From: Bacteroidales bacterium
GTDB lineage: Bacteria > Bacteroidota > Bacteroidia > Bacteroidales > B18-G4
Reading direction: 5' to 3'
Length of the DNA: 64,000 nucleotides
Assembly (NCBI GenBank): GCA_032250805.1
Contig: JAVVEM010000004.1
Coordinates: 41,809-105,808 of the forward strand
Numbering within the stretch: the stretch's first letter is position 1; the number at the start of each line of letters is the position of its first letter. Below the pieces are notes generated by a model. It did no database searches. It saw only the letters and a list, made by a program, of their open reading frames with translations, and had not been told where the DNA came from. Positions 19,669-29,814 of the stretch are shown here, piece after piece. A program made the position numbers and the translations under genes.

Positions 19669-20943
19669 ATGATCATTGAAATTAAAGTTCCGAGCCCGGG
19701 CGAATCCATTACTGAGGTGCAATTGGCAAGTTGGCTGGTTGACGATGGAGAGCAGGTGGAAAAGGATGATGAAATAGCAGAAATTGATTCTGATAAAGCC
19801 ACACTTACGATAAGTGCCGAAGATACGGGAAAGATCAGCCTGAAAGCAGCCGAAGGCGATACTTTGGAGGTAGGTGCTGTTATAGCCACGATAAATACTG
19901 AAGCTCAGGGAAAAAAGAAAGAAACACCTGCCCGGGAGAAGGAAGACAAACCCGAACAGGAAGTAAAGGAAAGCGACACAAAGCCTGAAAAAAAGGAGGA
20001 AAAAGCTGAGGAAACAAAGAAAACTGAAGAAGATAGTCTGGTAAATCTGTCTCCTTTGGCAAAAAAGCTTTTGCACGAAAGTGGCAGCACGGAAAAAGAG
20101 TTTGCTGATTTTCTGCGCAAATTCAGGGCAGGGAAAAAAGATGTGGCTTTTTTTCTTGACCATAAACAGGGCCAGGCCTCACCGCTTGCCCAGGCATCAG
20201 AGCAGGGCGGCACACGCGATACTGAACGGAAAAAGATGAGCACACTGCGCATCAAGCTTTCGGAGCGATTGGTATCGGTAAAGAATGAAACCGCCATGCT
20301 CACTACTTTCAACGAAGTGAACATGAGTCCGGTCATGGAGATAAGGAATAAATATAAAGAAGCCTTTAAAGAAAAATTTGGTGTTGGCCTCGGGTTCATG
20401 TCATTCTTTACCAAAGCAGTTACCATCGGCCTGCAGCATTTCCCGAAAGTGAATACACAGATTGATGGCGAAGAAATTGTTACCTTTAAATATGCCGATG
20501 TGGGCATTGCGGTAAGCACTCCCAAAGGGCTCATGGTTCCGGTTATCCGAAATGCAGAACAGCTGGCCCTGCATGAGATCGAAATAAAAATAAAAGAACT
20601 GGCCACCAGAGCCAGAGATGGGAAACTAAGCCTGGATGAAATGAAGGGTGGCACATTCACCATCACCAACGGAGGAGTATTCGGATCTATGCTTTCGACA
20701 CCCATCATCAACCCACCGCAAAGTGCTATACTCGGTATGCATAATATTGTAGAACGTCCGGTAGCCGTGAACGGAAAAGTTGAAATACACCCTGTAATGT
20801 ATGTGGCTGTATCTTATGATCACCGGATCATTGACGGCAGCGAATCAGTCGGGTTTCTTGTTAAAGTGAAAGAAATGCTTGAGAATCCCGAAAAAATGCT
20901 GCTTGGCGGAGCCGACCCGATACAGTCATTGCTGCAGTTATAA
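19669..20943 (+). CDS. sucB: dihydrolipoyllysine-residue succinyltransferase (OGDH E2)
   Basis: Lipoyl domain (EIDSDKATL), a Lys/Glu-rich linker, and a catalytic domain ending [14 protein letters not shown]. Confidence 0.92.
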   Translation: MIIEIKVPSPGESITEVQLASWLVDDGEQVEKDDEIAEIDSDKATLTISAEDTGKISLKAAEGDTLEVGAVIATINTEAQGKKKETPAREKEDKPEQEVKESDTKPEKKEEKAEETKKTEEDSLVNLSPLAKKLLHESGSTEKEFADFLRKFRAGKKDVAFFLDHKQGQASPLAQASEQGGTRDTERKKMSTLRIKLSERLVSVKNETAMLTTFNEVNMSPVMEIRNKYKEAFKEKFGVGLGFMSFFTKAVTIGLQHFPKVNTQIDGEEIVTFKYADVGIAVSTPKGLMVPVIRNAEQLALHEIEIKIKELATRARDGKLSLDEMKGGTFTITNGGVFGSMLSTPIINPPQSAILGMHNIVERPVAVNGKVEIHPVMYVAVSYDHRIIDGSESVGFLVKVKEMLENPEKMLLGGADPIQSLLQL

Positions 20944-20953
20944 TATTATTGCT

Positions 20954-22534
20954 ATGCGAAAAAAAGTTGATTTTCTGGTTGTAGGTTCAGGAATAGCGGG
21001 CTTGATCTATGCCCTGAAGGTGGCTGATCATGGAAAAGTTTGCATCCTAACCAAAGCCGATGTTGAGGAAAGTGCAACAAAATACGCACAGGGAGGTATT
21101 GCAGCAGTTATGTACACCCCCGACACCTATGAAAAGCACATTATTGATACGATTTCGGCAGGCGACGGGCTTAACAACAAGAGCATCGTTGAAATTACAA
21201 TCAGAGAATCTACAGCCCGCATCAGAGAACTTATCGAATGGGGGGCACAATTCGATCTGAATGAGGAGGGCGATTATGACCTTGCCAGGGAGGGCGGACA
21301 CTCCGAAAAAAGGATATTTCATCATAAAGACAGTACCGGCCTTGAAATAGAAAGGTCATTGATCAGTAAGATAAAAGAACATCCCAACATTGAGATGCTC
21401 GAAAACCATTTTGCCATAGATCTTATTACACAGCACCATTTGGGCATTGATGTTAAGCGAAAAGATACGAATATTGCCTGTTACGGGATATATTCGATGG
21501 ATATGAAGACGGGCGAGATCATTACTTTTCTGGCCAAGAAGACCATGCTGGCTACCGGTGGAGCAGGAAATGTATACAGCAACACAACAAATCCGCATAT
21601 TGCCACAGGCGATGGCATTGCCATGGCCTATCGTGCCAAGGCGAAGGTAGAAAACATGGAGTTTATACAATTCCATCCCACCTCGCTTTACCACCCGAAA
21701 GAAAAACCTTCTTTTCTTATAACAGAAGCACTCAGGGGTTTTGGAGCCGTACTCAGGACGACCAGGGGTCAGGAGTTTATGCACAAATACGATGATCGGA
21801 AGTCGCTTGCTCCCAGGGATATTGTTGCGAGAGCAATTGATAGTGAAATGAAACTATCGGGCGATGAGCATGTCTACCTCGATGCCACCCATATCGACAA
21901 GGACGATCTCATCAATAATTTTCCGCGTATATATGCCAAATGCCTCAGCCTGGGGATCGATATCACCCACGAAATGATACCAGTCGTACCCTCGGCGCAT
22001 TACATATGCGGAGGTGTTAAGGTGGATGAATACGGACGCAGTTCATTGATCAATCTTTATGCTTCAGGCGAATGCGCCAGCACAGGTTTGCATGGAGCCA
22101 ACCGTTTGGCATCAAATTCGTTGCTTGAGTCGGCAGTATTTTCACACCGTGCCAGCCTCGATGCAATAGAGGATATCCAAAATATTGGTTTTGAAGATGA
22201 TGTTCCTGACTGGAACGCGGAAGGCACTGTTCTCAACGAGGAACTCATCCTCATTACGCAATCGCTAAAAGAGTTGCGTTCGATCATGAGCAGCTATGTG
22301 GGCATTGTTCGCTCCAACCTTCGCCTGAAGCGGGCGCTCGACAGGCTGGAGATCATAAACCGGGAAACGGAAGACCTTTACACCAAATCCATTCTGACCG
22401 TTGACATTTGCGAATTGCGTAACATGATCAATGTGGGTTACCTCATTATAAAAATGGCCATGTTAAGAAAAGAAAGCCGGGGATTGCATTATTCGCTTGA
22501 TTACCCGAAGGAGATCCTTAACGGCACACAATAA
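20954..22534 (+). CDS. nadB: L-aspartate oxidase
   Basis: ORF 20879..22534. The conserved start is ATG 20954 (MRKKVDFLVVGSGIAGL). Motifs YAQGGIAA, HPTSL and GLHGANRLASNSLLE. It begins 10 nt after the sucB stop. Confidence 0.9.
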   Translation: MRKKVDFLVVGSGIAGLIYALKVADHGKVCILTKADVEESATKYAQGGIAAVMYTPDTYEKHIIDTISAGDGLNNKSIVEITIRESTARIRELIEWGAQFDLNEEGDYDLAREGGHSEKRIFHHKDSTGLEIERSLISKIKEHPNIEMLENHFAIDLITQHHLGIDVKRKDTNIACYGIYSMDMKTGEIITFLAKKTMLATGGAGNVYSNTTNPHIATGDGIAMAYRAKAKVENMEFIQFHPTSLYHPKEKPSFLITEALRGFGAVLRTTRGQEFMHKYDDRKSLAPRDIVARAIDSEMKLSGDEHVYLDATHIDKDDLINNFPRIYAKCLSLGIDITHEMIPVVPSAHYICGGVKVDEYGRSSLINLYASGECASTGLHGANRLASNSLLESAVFSHRASLDAIEDIQNIGFEDDVPDWNAEGTVLNEELILITQSLKELRSIMSSYVGIVRSNLRLKRALDRLEIINRETEDLYTKSILTVDICELRNMINVGYLIIKMAMLRKESRGLHYSLDYPKEILNGTQ

Positions 22535-22551
22535 GAACAAAAACATTAGTT

Positions 22552-23064
22552 ATGGCACTCATTAAAACCCTCAGGGGCATAAAACCCATTATTGGCGAGG
22601 AGTGTTTCCTTGCAGATAACGCCACCATCATTGGCGAAGTAGTGATGGGCGATCATTGCAGTATATGGTTCAATGCGGTGGTCCGGGGTGATGTAACATA
22701 CATACATATCGGCAACAACGTTAATATTCAGGACGGCGTGATGGTGCATGGTACCTATAAAAAAGCGGCCGTCGAAATTGGCAATAATGTTTCGATTGCC
22801 CACCATGCCATTGTGCACGGATGCACAATACAGGACAATGTACTTATCGGCATGGGGGCCATCATTATGGATCACGCAATTATAGAGAGCAACAGCATTG
22901 TTGCAGCCGGAGCACTTGTGTCGAAAGGTACTGTGGTTGAATCAGGCAGTGTTTACGCCGGGGTGCCGGCAAAAAAGATCAAGGATATCGACAGGGCGCT
23001 GCTCGAGGGCGAGATCGAACGTATTGCCAACAGTTACAGGATGTATGCCGGCTGGTATAAATAG
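22552..23064 (+). CDS. gamma-class carbonic anhydrase-like / left-handed beta-helix (hexapeptide) protein
   Basis: 170 aa with hexapeptide repeats and the His pattern NIQDGVMVHG...IAHHAIVHGC typical of the YrdA/PaaY group. Confidence 0.8.
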   Translation: MALIKTLRGIKPIIGEECFLADNATIIGEVVMGDHCSIWFNAVVRGDVTYIHIGNNVNIQDGVMVHGTYKKAAVEIGNNVSIAHHAIVHGCTIQDNVLIGMGAIIMDHAIIESNSIVAAGALVSKGTVVESGSVYAGVPAKKIKDIDRALLEGEIERIANSYRMYAGWYK

Positions 23065-23065
23065 A

Positions 23066-23100
23066 ACAAAAAACCCCGCATTTCTGCAGGGCTTTCTTTA
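23066..23100. terminator. possible bidirectional terminator between the gamma-CA-like gene and skp
   Basis: Stem CCCCGCA (23074..23080) / TGCAGGG (23085..23091) with one mismatch. An A-run lies upstream and T-rich sequence downstream. Confidence 0.45.
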
Positions 23101-23117
23101 AATTTTTATGGTCCGGC

Positions 23118-23630
23118 CTAGAGGCCCATTTTTGCCCTTACAAGGGGGAGGATATCTTCGCCTGCTTCATAATAAAGCACGGTACCCATACTCACATCAA
23201 GAATATACGTAAATCCATTGGCACGGGCGACCTCGTCGATAGCATTCTTTGCTTTAGTAATTAAGGGATTGTAGAGCTTTTGCTGTTTTGCACCAAAGTC
23301 CTGCTCGGCCCCTTGCTGAAATTCGTTGATCCTCGTTTCCAGGTCGGCAATTTCGCGTTCTTTGGTTTGCTTAATAATATCAGACATTCCATCGATATTA
23401 TTTGTATAGTCGGCAACCTTATTCTGATATTCCAGATACATTGCCCCAATCTGTTCTTCAAGAGAACGTTGGTAGGCAATTAACTGGGCTTCGACTGAAT
23501 CCTTTTCAGGCATCAATTCGATCAGAGCCTGTGAATCGATATAACCAATTTTTAAATTGGATTGCGACCATGCAGTTGCTGCAGCGAGCATCAGGGTCAT
23601 AACCAGTGTGATTTTCAGAATGTTTTTCAT
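23118..23630 (-). CDS. skp: OmpH/Skp-family periplasmic chaperone
   Basis: 170 aa with a signal peptide and a coiled-coil-rich Skp-like sequence. It sits downstream of bamA. Confidence 0.8.
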   Translation of the reverse strand: MKNILKITLVMTLMLAAATAWSQSNLKIGYIDSQALIELMPEKDSVEAQLIAYQRSLEEQIGAMYLEYQNKVADYTNNIDGMSDIIKQTKEREIADLETRINEFQQGAEQDFGAKQQKLYNPLITKAKNAIDEVARANGFTYILDVSMGTVLYYEAGEDILPLVRAKMGL

Positions 23631-23750
23631 CTTATTTTTCTATATTATTATTGCTCAATTTGGCGCAAATGTAGGGAATAATTCTTTTCAATCGCAAATA
23701 ATCATATCATTAATACGGCAATTTGTATCAACTAAGGATATCATTTGCCA

Positions 23751-24389
23751 CTAACGATTCTTTTGCTGCTCGAGCATCTTATTGGCATTTCTGCTGTTGG
23801 CCCCCGGACTTGCCGAAGAAGATGAAGAGCTACCGCCTGCTCCCGGTCGCCTGCGGTCTTCGCGGCGTACGGTTTGCATCACCGTACCTACTTCGTCAAG
23901 CACATCATCCGACAGGTCGAACTTGGGCTGGGCAAACAAAATAGTAAGGCTGCCGGCTTTATCAAACACAAATGCATAGTTGTTTGACATTGCTATTTCT
24001 TCGATGGCATTATATACTTTTTCCTGGATAGGCTGGACCAGTTCCTGCCGTTTCTTAAAGAGGTCGCCTTCGCGGCCAAAGCGCTGTTTTTGCAATTCTT
24101 TGGCAGCTTTTTCTTTCTTTATTATTTCATTCTCGCGTTGCCTCTTCATATCTTCAGGAAGCAATACTGCTTCAGCCTGATATTGTTTATACAACTCATC
24201 AACTTCAGCAAATTTCTCTTCTATTTCTTTTTGCCACTGAATGGAAAATTCGTCGAGGATGTCGAGAGCATCCTGATATTCAGGTATATTTTCAAGAATG
24301 TAGTCAGAATCGACGTAGGCATATTTTTGTGCCTGTGTTACTGCGAATGCCGATATCAATACGGCCATTGTCAAGATCAGTTTTTTCAT
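23751..24389 (-). CDS. skp: OmpH/Skp-family periplasmic chaperone with Arg/Ser-rich C-terminal tail
   Basis: 212 aa with a signal peptide and a Skp-like core. The tail reads RREDRRRPGAGGSSSSSSASPGANSRNANK. Confidence 0.8.
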   Translation of the reverse strand: MKKLILTMAVLISAFAVTQAQKYAYVDSDYILENIPEYQDALDILDEFSIQWQKEIEEKFAEVDELYKQYQAEAVLLPEDMKRQRENEIIKKEKAAKELQKQRFGREGDLFKKRQELVQPIQEKVYNAIEEIAMSNNYAFVFDKAGSLTILFAQPKFDLSDDVLDEVGTVMQTVRREDRRRPGAGGSSSSSSASPGANSRNANKMLEQQKNR

Positions 24390-24458
24390 TTGTTTTTCCT
24401 CCGATGTTTATTTCAAGCTAACACAAAAAACCTGCCATAATTGTTTTTCATGTTCATT

Positions 24459-27140
24459 TTAATCGATTGATTGGTTAATAGAAAAGTGGAATTGTCCGCC
24501 ATTGGCTCCGGGCAGGCCGGGGACTTCATCAAATCCGTAGCCCCAGTCGAGGCCCAGCATACCAAACATGGGCAAGAATACACGCAAGCCAATTCCTGCC
24601 GAACGATACAGGTCGAAAGGATTAAACTCGGGGTGATAAAGCCATGACTTACCGGCCTCAAGAAATCCCAAAGCATAAATGGTGGCAGAAGGATTAAGTG
24701 ATAAGGGGTATCTTAATTCGAGTGTATATTTGCTATATACCGTACCGCCAATATTCCTGTCGCGGTAATAAAAAGGTGTAAGTGTTTCGTTTCCATAGCC
24801 GCGCATGCCGATAATCTCCCTGCCATCAAGGTTATTATAGCCCGACAGTCCGTCGCCACCAAGGTAAAAGCGCTCAAAAGGAGTAACACCGATATCGCTG
24901 TTGTATGCCGACAGGAAACCAAATTTGAGCCGGCCCATGAGAACCAGTTTTGGCGCTGCCTCGAGGAAATAGGTTGCCTCGAATTTCCACTTATGGTACT
25001 CGATCCACTGATATTTTTTGTTTTCCGTCATGCTTGAATAATCAGCATTGCTAAAAGCTGAATATGGCGGGGTTAATTCAAGCGAGAGCGAAAGGTTGGA
25101 ACCGGTTCTGGGATAAATATAGCTGGGAGCGGTAGAGTTTCTCCCCAGTACAATATTATAATTAAAGTTATTGTATGTTCCTGATCCGTCGCCAAAAGTA
25201 AAAATGGTGGTATACTGGTAAAGGTCATAGCGCTGCAGGTTGACGGCCTGGTAGAGGGTAAAGAAATCGTCGGGCCACTTCAGGCGCTGACCCAATCCGA
25301 ATGTAAGTCCATTGATCTTAAAATATGCCCTGTTGGGATCACTTTTTGGCAAACCGTTGGAATAAAGCGAATGGTAGTATGATACGCTAAAGGCATTGGG
25401 TTTCCGGCCTCCAAGCCAGGGTTCGGTAAAAGAAGCGCTATAGCTGATATATCCTCTTCCGTAACTTTGCACACGCACGGAAAGTTTTTGTCCGTCGCCG
25501 GAGGGTATGGGTTTCCAGGCACCTTTGGTAAAGAAGTTCCTGAGGCTGAAATTATTAAATGAAACACCCAGCGTACCAATGATGCGGCCATATCCCCATC
25601 CACCTGAGAGCTCGATCTGGTCGGCAGAAGTCTCTTCAACAGAATAGATAATATCTACGGTGCCGTCTTCCGGATTGGGGACAATATCGGGGCTGATGGT
25701 TTCAGGGTTAAAGTACCTTAACTGACCAAGTTCGCGCACGGTACGGATCACTGCCTCCCTGCTGAATAATTCGCCGGGCCGGGTTTTTATCTCACGGATC
25801 ACCACGTGGTCGTTGGTCTTGGTATTACCTTTCACCTCCACTTTACGGATGGTAGCCTGTTTGCCTTCCCTGATCCTGATCTCAAGGTCGATCGAGTCGT
25901 TTTCGATCAAAACTTCAACAGGTTCGGCATTAAAGAACAGGTAACCCTCGTTCATATATATCGAGCTAACATCAAAGCCGTTGGGGTTGAACAGCAGATT
26001 GGTGGTCAGTAATTCTTTATTGTAAATATCGCCTTTTTGAATACGCAGTACATTGTTCAAATACTCACTTGAATATTTTGTGTTCCCTACCCAGGTAATA
26101 TTCCGGAAATAATATTGATTCCCTTCATCGATCCATATATCTATATTGAGGCTGCCATCAGGATTGCGCGAGATGCTATCGCGGAGGATCTTTGCATCCC
26201 TGTAACCTACTTCATTATATTTATTGATAAGCTTTACCAGGTCGTCCTGATAGTTTTCCTCAATGAATTTTGACGATTTAAATATCCTGAAACGGAAGGT
26301 GTTGTTCGCATACGATTGAAAATCCTCGATCATTTTGGGAAACTTTAACCGGAGAGCATCCCAGACGGCATCAACAAGTAGTTGGTCGAGCCCGTAAAGA
26401 GGTCTGAAAAGCCCCTTTTCCTTTGTTTCCTTGAAAGCGGCTTTTACTTTCTGTGCAGAAAGATATTCATTGCCATGAATATTTATCGCGTATATCCTTA
26501 CCCTTTCATTCTTTTCAACATTAATCTCCAGGATCACATTATTCGGTTTGCTGGTGTCGGGGATCTGGGCAATATCAACTTCAGCATCCAGAAAGCCTTT
26601 TCCGCTGTAGTAGTCCGTAATAATATTTTGAATCCGTATAAGCAGATTATCCGTAACAACATCTCCCCTTGTAATGCGCATATCATCACGCAGGGTTTCA
26701 GCTTCCGATTTACGTACGCCTTTAAATGCAAATTTTGTAAGACGCGGGCGTTCGAGCAGGTAAATATCCAGAAAGATCATATCTCCCTGAATCCTGCTGG
26801 CTATGATCCTGATATCTTCAAAAAGCCCCTGATCCCATAATTTTTTAATGGCATTGGTAATGTCCTCACCGGGAACCTCCACCCTGCTACCTATCTTCAG
26901 GCCTGAGAGCATAATAAGCACGTTTGCATCGAGGTATTCGACACCGGATACAGTAATGCCTCCAATTTCATATTTTTTCGGGGAGGAATAATCGATCACT
27001 TCCAGATCATCACCAACACTTACCTGCCCAAAAACCGGCAGCAATATAAATAAAGCTGCAACCAGGGCAATAATCCGGAAAAACGAAGTTTTGCAGAAGA
27101 CGTTCTTCAACCCTGTTTTTTTTATAATTTTTCTTCTCAT
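24459..27140 (-). CDS. bamA: outer membrane protein assembly factor BamA
   Basis: 893 aa with multiple POTRA repeats and a C-terminal Omp85 barrel ending FHFSINQSID. It lies in the conserved position between uppS and skp. Confidence 0.9.
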   Translation of the reverse strand: MRRKIIKKTGLKNVFCKTSFFRIIALVAALFILLPVFGQVSVGDDLEVIDYSSPKKYEIGGITVSGVEYLDANVLIMLSGLKIGSRVEVPGEDITNAIKKLWDQGLFEDIRIIASRIQGDMIFLDIYLLERPRLTKFAFKGVRKSEAETLRDDMRITRGDVVTDNLLIRIQNIITDYYSGKGFLDAEVDIAQIPDTSKPNNVILEINVEKNERVRIYAINIHGNEYLSAQKVKAAFKETKEKGLFRPLYGLDQLLVDAVWDALRLKFPKMIEDFQSYANNTFRFRIFKSSKFIEENYQDDLVKLINKYNEVGYRDAKILRDSISRNPDGSLNIDIWIDEGNQYYFRNITWVGNTKYSSEYLNNVLRIQKGDIYNKELLTTNLLFNPNGFDVSSIYMNEGYLFFNAEPVEVLIENDSIDLEIRIREGKQATIRKVEVKGNTKTNDHVVIREIKTRPGELFSREAVIRTVRELGQLRYFNPETISPDIVPNPEDGTVDIIYSVEETSADQIELSGGWGYGRIIGTLGVSFNNFSLRNFFTKGAWKPIPSGDGQKLSVRVQSYGRGYISYSASFTEPWLGGRKPNAFSVSYYHSLYSNGLPKSDPNRAYFKINGLTFGLGQRLKWPDDFFTLYQAVNLQRYDLYQYTTIFTFGDGSGTYNNFNYNIVLGRNSTAPSYIYPRTGSNLSLSLELTPPYSAFSNADYSSMTENKKYQWIEYHKWKFEATYFLEAAPKLVLMGRLKFGFLSAYNSDIGVTPFERFYLGGDGLSGYNNLDGREIIGMRGYGNETLTPFYYRDRNIGGTVYSKYTLELRYPLSLNPSATIYALGFLEAGKSWLYHPEFNPFDLYRSAGIGLRVFLPMFGMLGLDWGYGFDEVPGLPGANGGQFHFSINQSID

Positions 27141-27146
27141 CCCTGC

Positions 27147-27908
27147 TTAGTCTGCTTTTAATTGTTCACTTGTTTTTCCAAACCTTCTTTCTCTTGCCTG
27201 AAAGTCGATGATGGCATGATAGAGGTCATCTTTCCTAAAATCAGGCCACAATTTACCGGTAAAATACAGCTCGGCATATGCAATCTGCCAGAGCAAAAAA
27301 TTACTGATCCTGTACTCGCCAGAAGTACGTATAAGGAGTTCGGGGTCGGGCATATTTTTTGTTTCAAGAAAAGTGGCAAAAAGGTCTGTGTTTATATCTT
27401 TTGCATCCAGTTTTCCCATTTTCAGTTCTTCAGCCATTCCTCTGACTGCCTTTAGTATCTCCCACCTTGCGCTGTATGAAAGGGCCAGCACGAGTGTCAT
27501 TCGGGTATTGCCGGCGGTTTTTATCATTGCTTTTTCAAGTTGCTTGCGCGTACTTGCAGGAAGGCTTTCCAGATCGCCAATAGCTTCGAGGCGAATATTA
27601 TTTTTTGTCAATGTTTTAACTTCCTTATTGATGGTTTGCAGGAGCAGGGTCATAAGGGCATCAGTCTCAAACTTCGGCCTGTTCCAGTTTTCTGTCGAAA
27701 AGGCATAAAGCGTCAGATATTCGATTCCCAGTTCAGCTGCTGCTTCTGTAGTTTCCCTCACCGAAGTAACACCATTCTGATGGCCAAAAGTCCGTGGTTT
27801 TCCGCGCTGCCGTGCCCAGCGTCCATTGCCATCCATGATGATGGCAACGTGCCTGGGCAGGCGCTCAGGGTCAATACGGTTTACGAGATCGATCGATTCT
27901 TTTGGCAT
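27147..27908 (-). CDS. uppS: isoprenyl transferase / undecaprenyl diphosphate synthase
   Basis: ORF 27147..27956. ATG 27908 (MPKESIDL) lies 1 nt after the upstream stop codon. Motifs HVAIIMDGNGRWA and RTSGEYRISNFLLWQ. Confidence 0.9.
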   Translation of the reverse strand: MPKESIDLVNRIDPERLPRHVAIIMDGNGRWARQRGKPRTFGHQNGVTSVRETTEAAAELGIEYLTLYAFSTENWNRPKFETDALMTLLLQTINKEVKTLTKNNIRLEAIGDLESLPASTRKQLEKAMIKTAGNTRMTLVLALSYSARWEILKAVRGMAEELKMGKLDAKDINTDLFATFLETKNMPDPELLIRTSGEYRISNFLLWQIAYAELYFTGKLWPDFRKDDLYHAIIDFQARERRFGKTSEQLKAD

Positions 27909-27909
27909 A

Positions 27910-28716
27910 TTAGTAGTCTTCTCTAAAACCGCCGTCGTTGCAACCTCTGTTGCCACCCAAGCGGAATTTATATGTAATGCTCAACCCAAAAAACGCATAC
28001 CAATCCATCGTACTTGCGTTGCCCCGGGCTATATATGGTTGATGATCCAAAGTAGGATCTGAATAATATTCTGCAGGTGTGGAAGGATTTATCGACTCCC
28101 CGTCGAGATAATAGGTTGTACTTACATCATCTATATAATCGGTAAATGTTTTCCTGAGGCCCCATTCAACGGCAATACCAAGGCGGGTATTCAGACTGTA
28201 TTTAAATCCAATTCCGAAAGGAATGGCCAATTGTGTTGTCTGGTATGGCGATCGTCCCTCGAAACCAATGTTTTGTCCTTCAGTCCCAAGATCCCTTAGC
28301 AATATACCATCAGCTTCGGGTTCGAACATAAACACGCCAAGGCCACCAAAAATATAAGGGGCGACAAAGTTTCTCGTACTCCCGGTCCAGTAATTAAAAA
28401 AATTAAATTCGACCACAGCGGAAATATCCGTTATTTGTGAATTAAAATACATTTCCCTGTTTTCCACTGCGCCTGTTTTCCTGTCATCGCCAGCCACTTC
28501 ACCCTGCATGGCCGACAATTTTATGGCCCATCTGGCGTCGAGATTATAACGTGCAACCAGGCCATACGCAGGTTTGGTCATAAGGAAGTGAAATCCGGGG
28601 TTCAAATCGCCAAGGTAATAAGACCCACCACCAAAGATTCCAATCTCTGCGGTTTTCTGTGCGTTCAGGCCGAATGTTATCATGCCCAGAAGCATGATCA
28701 ATATTATCCTTTTCAT
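27910..28716 (-). CDS. outer-membrane beta-barrel protein (DUF6089-like, conserved upstream of uppS in Bacteroidota)
   Basis: ORF 27910..28743. ATG 28716 gives the signal peptide MKRIILIMLLGMITFGLNAQ. The sequence has alternating amphipathic strands. Confidence 0.65.
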   Translation of the reverse strand: MKRIILIMLLGMITFGLNAQKTAEIGIFGGGSYYLGDLNPGFHFLMTKPAYGLVARYNLDARWAIKLSAMQGEVAGDDRKTGAVENREMYFNSQITDISAVVEFNFFNYWTGSTRNFVAPYIFGGLGVFMFEPEADGILLRDLGTEGQNIGFEGRSPYQTTQLAIPFGIGFKYSLNTRLGIAVEWGLRKTFTDYIDDVSTTYYLDGESINPSTPAEYYSDPTLDHQPYIARGNASTMDWYAFFGLSITYKFRLGGNRGCNDGGFREDY

Positions 28717-28763
28717 GTTATTCCCCAAACGCATTATTTCCAAATTTCTTATACTTTCAATAA

Positions 28764-29642
28764 TTAATTTCTCACATCAAGGCCCCATTTGAGTTTATCC
28801 CTGATGGTAGTAAAAAAATCCTTGTTTTCAATCTGAACAAGGTTGAATTTAAAATCTGCTGTTTTAAGGATCAATTCGTCACCGGAGTTAAGTATATCTG
28901 TTTTTGAGTCGATGCTTACCAGAAATTTTTTATCACGACCTTCCACACTGATCCTGATCTCGCTTTTATCCGACACAACAATTGGCCTGATGGTAAGATT
29001 GTGCGGTGCTATGGGGGTGATCACAAAATTCTCCGATCCGGGAGAAACGATCGGTCCGCCACTGCTCATCGAATATGCTGTTGAGCCTGTGGGAGTGGCA
29101 ACGATCAATCCATCGGCCCAATAAGAGTTAAGAAAAAGATTGTCGACATAAACATGGATCACCACCAGGGCGGTTGAATCCTTCCTTGTTACTGTAAGGT
29201 CGTTCAATGCATAACTGAACTCCCCAAACAAGCCTTTTTTGCTTTCGAGTTTCAGCAGGGTTCTTTGATCGCGGGTATACTGCCCTGCCATTACCTTATC
29301 TATTGCAGGGATCAGGTCATCACATGAAATACTCGATAAAAATCCCAGGCGTCCCAGGTTTATTCCCAATACCGGTATCCCTGAGTCGCGGACCAGAGAA
29401 ACAGTGTCAAGTAATGTTCCATCGCCCCCTATCGACAATACCATATCGGTATTTCCGGCAAGATCGTCATACCCCTTAAATGTATCGGTAATATCAAAAG
29501 ACTTACAAATTTCGCTGATGCCGGGATAATAGGATTCATGAACCAATAGTTCGGCATCGTATTCTTTCAGTCGCCTGATAAGCCGGATGAGGTATTCCTT
29601 ATTCTTCTCCCTGATGTCTTTTCCAAATAGCGCAAGCTTCAT
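28764..29642 (-). CDS. nadK: NAD+ kinase
   Basis: GGDGTLL motif, then ATPTGSTAYSMSSGGPIV. Confidence 0.9.
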   Translation of the reverse strand: MKLALFGKDIREKNKEYLIRLIRRLKEYDAELLVHESYYPGISEICKSFDITDTFKGYDDLAGNTDMVLSIGGDGTLLDTVSLVRDSGIPVLGINLGRLGFLSSISCDDLIPAIDKVMAGQYTRDQRTLLKLESKKGLFGEFSYALNDLTVTRKDSTALVVIHVYVDNLFLNSYWADGLIVATPTGSTAYSMSSGGPIVSPGSENFVITPIAPHNLTIRPIVVSDKSEIRISVEGRDKKFLVSIDSKTDILNSGDELILKTADFKFNLVQIENKDFFTTIRDKLKWGLDVRN

Positions 29643-29683
29643 TGCCTGATATGCTGATATTTATAAAAATCTTTGCAAGTTTA

Positions 29684-29691
29684 CAAAAATA
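29684..29691 (-). promoter_or_regulatory. -7 box candidate for nadK
   Basis: The minus strand reads TATTTTTG, 41 nt before ATG 29642. Confidence 0.45.
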
Positions 29692-29814
29692 CGGGAATTA
29701 ACGAACATGGGCTTAACAATAATTAACAAATCTCATTCAAACTGAATCAATTATGTTATTATACTCTACGACTGCATGTTAAGAAGAAGATGAAGAACAG
29801 AAAGGCACAAGCAC

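Noticed and set aside
19905-20711. 268-aa ORF antisense to sucB.
   Set aside because: It is a Ser/Phe-rich low-complexity translation lying entirely inside a well-supported gene. That is a typical shadow ORF of a Lys/Glu-rich region.
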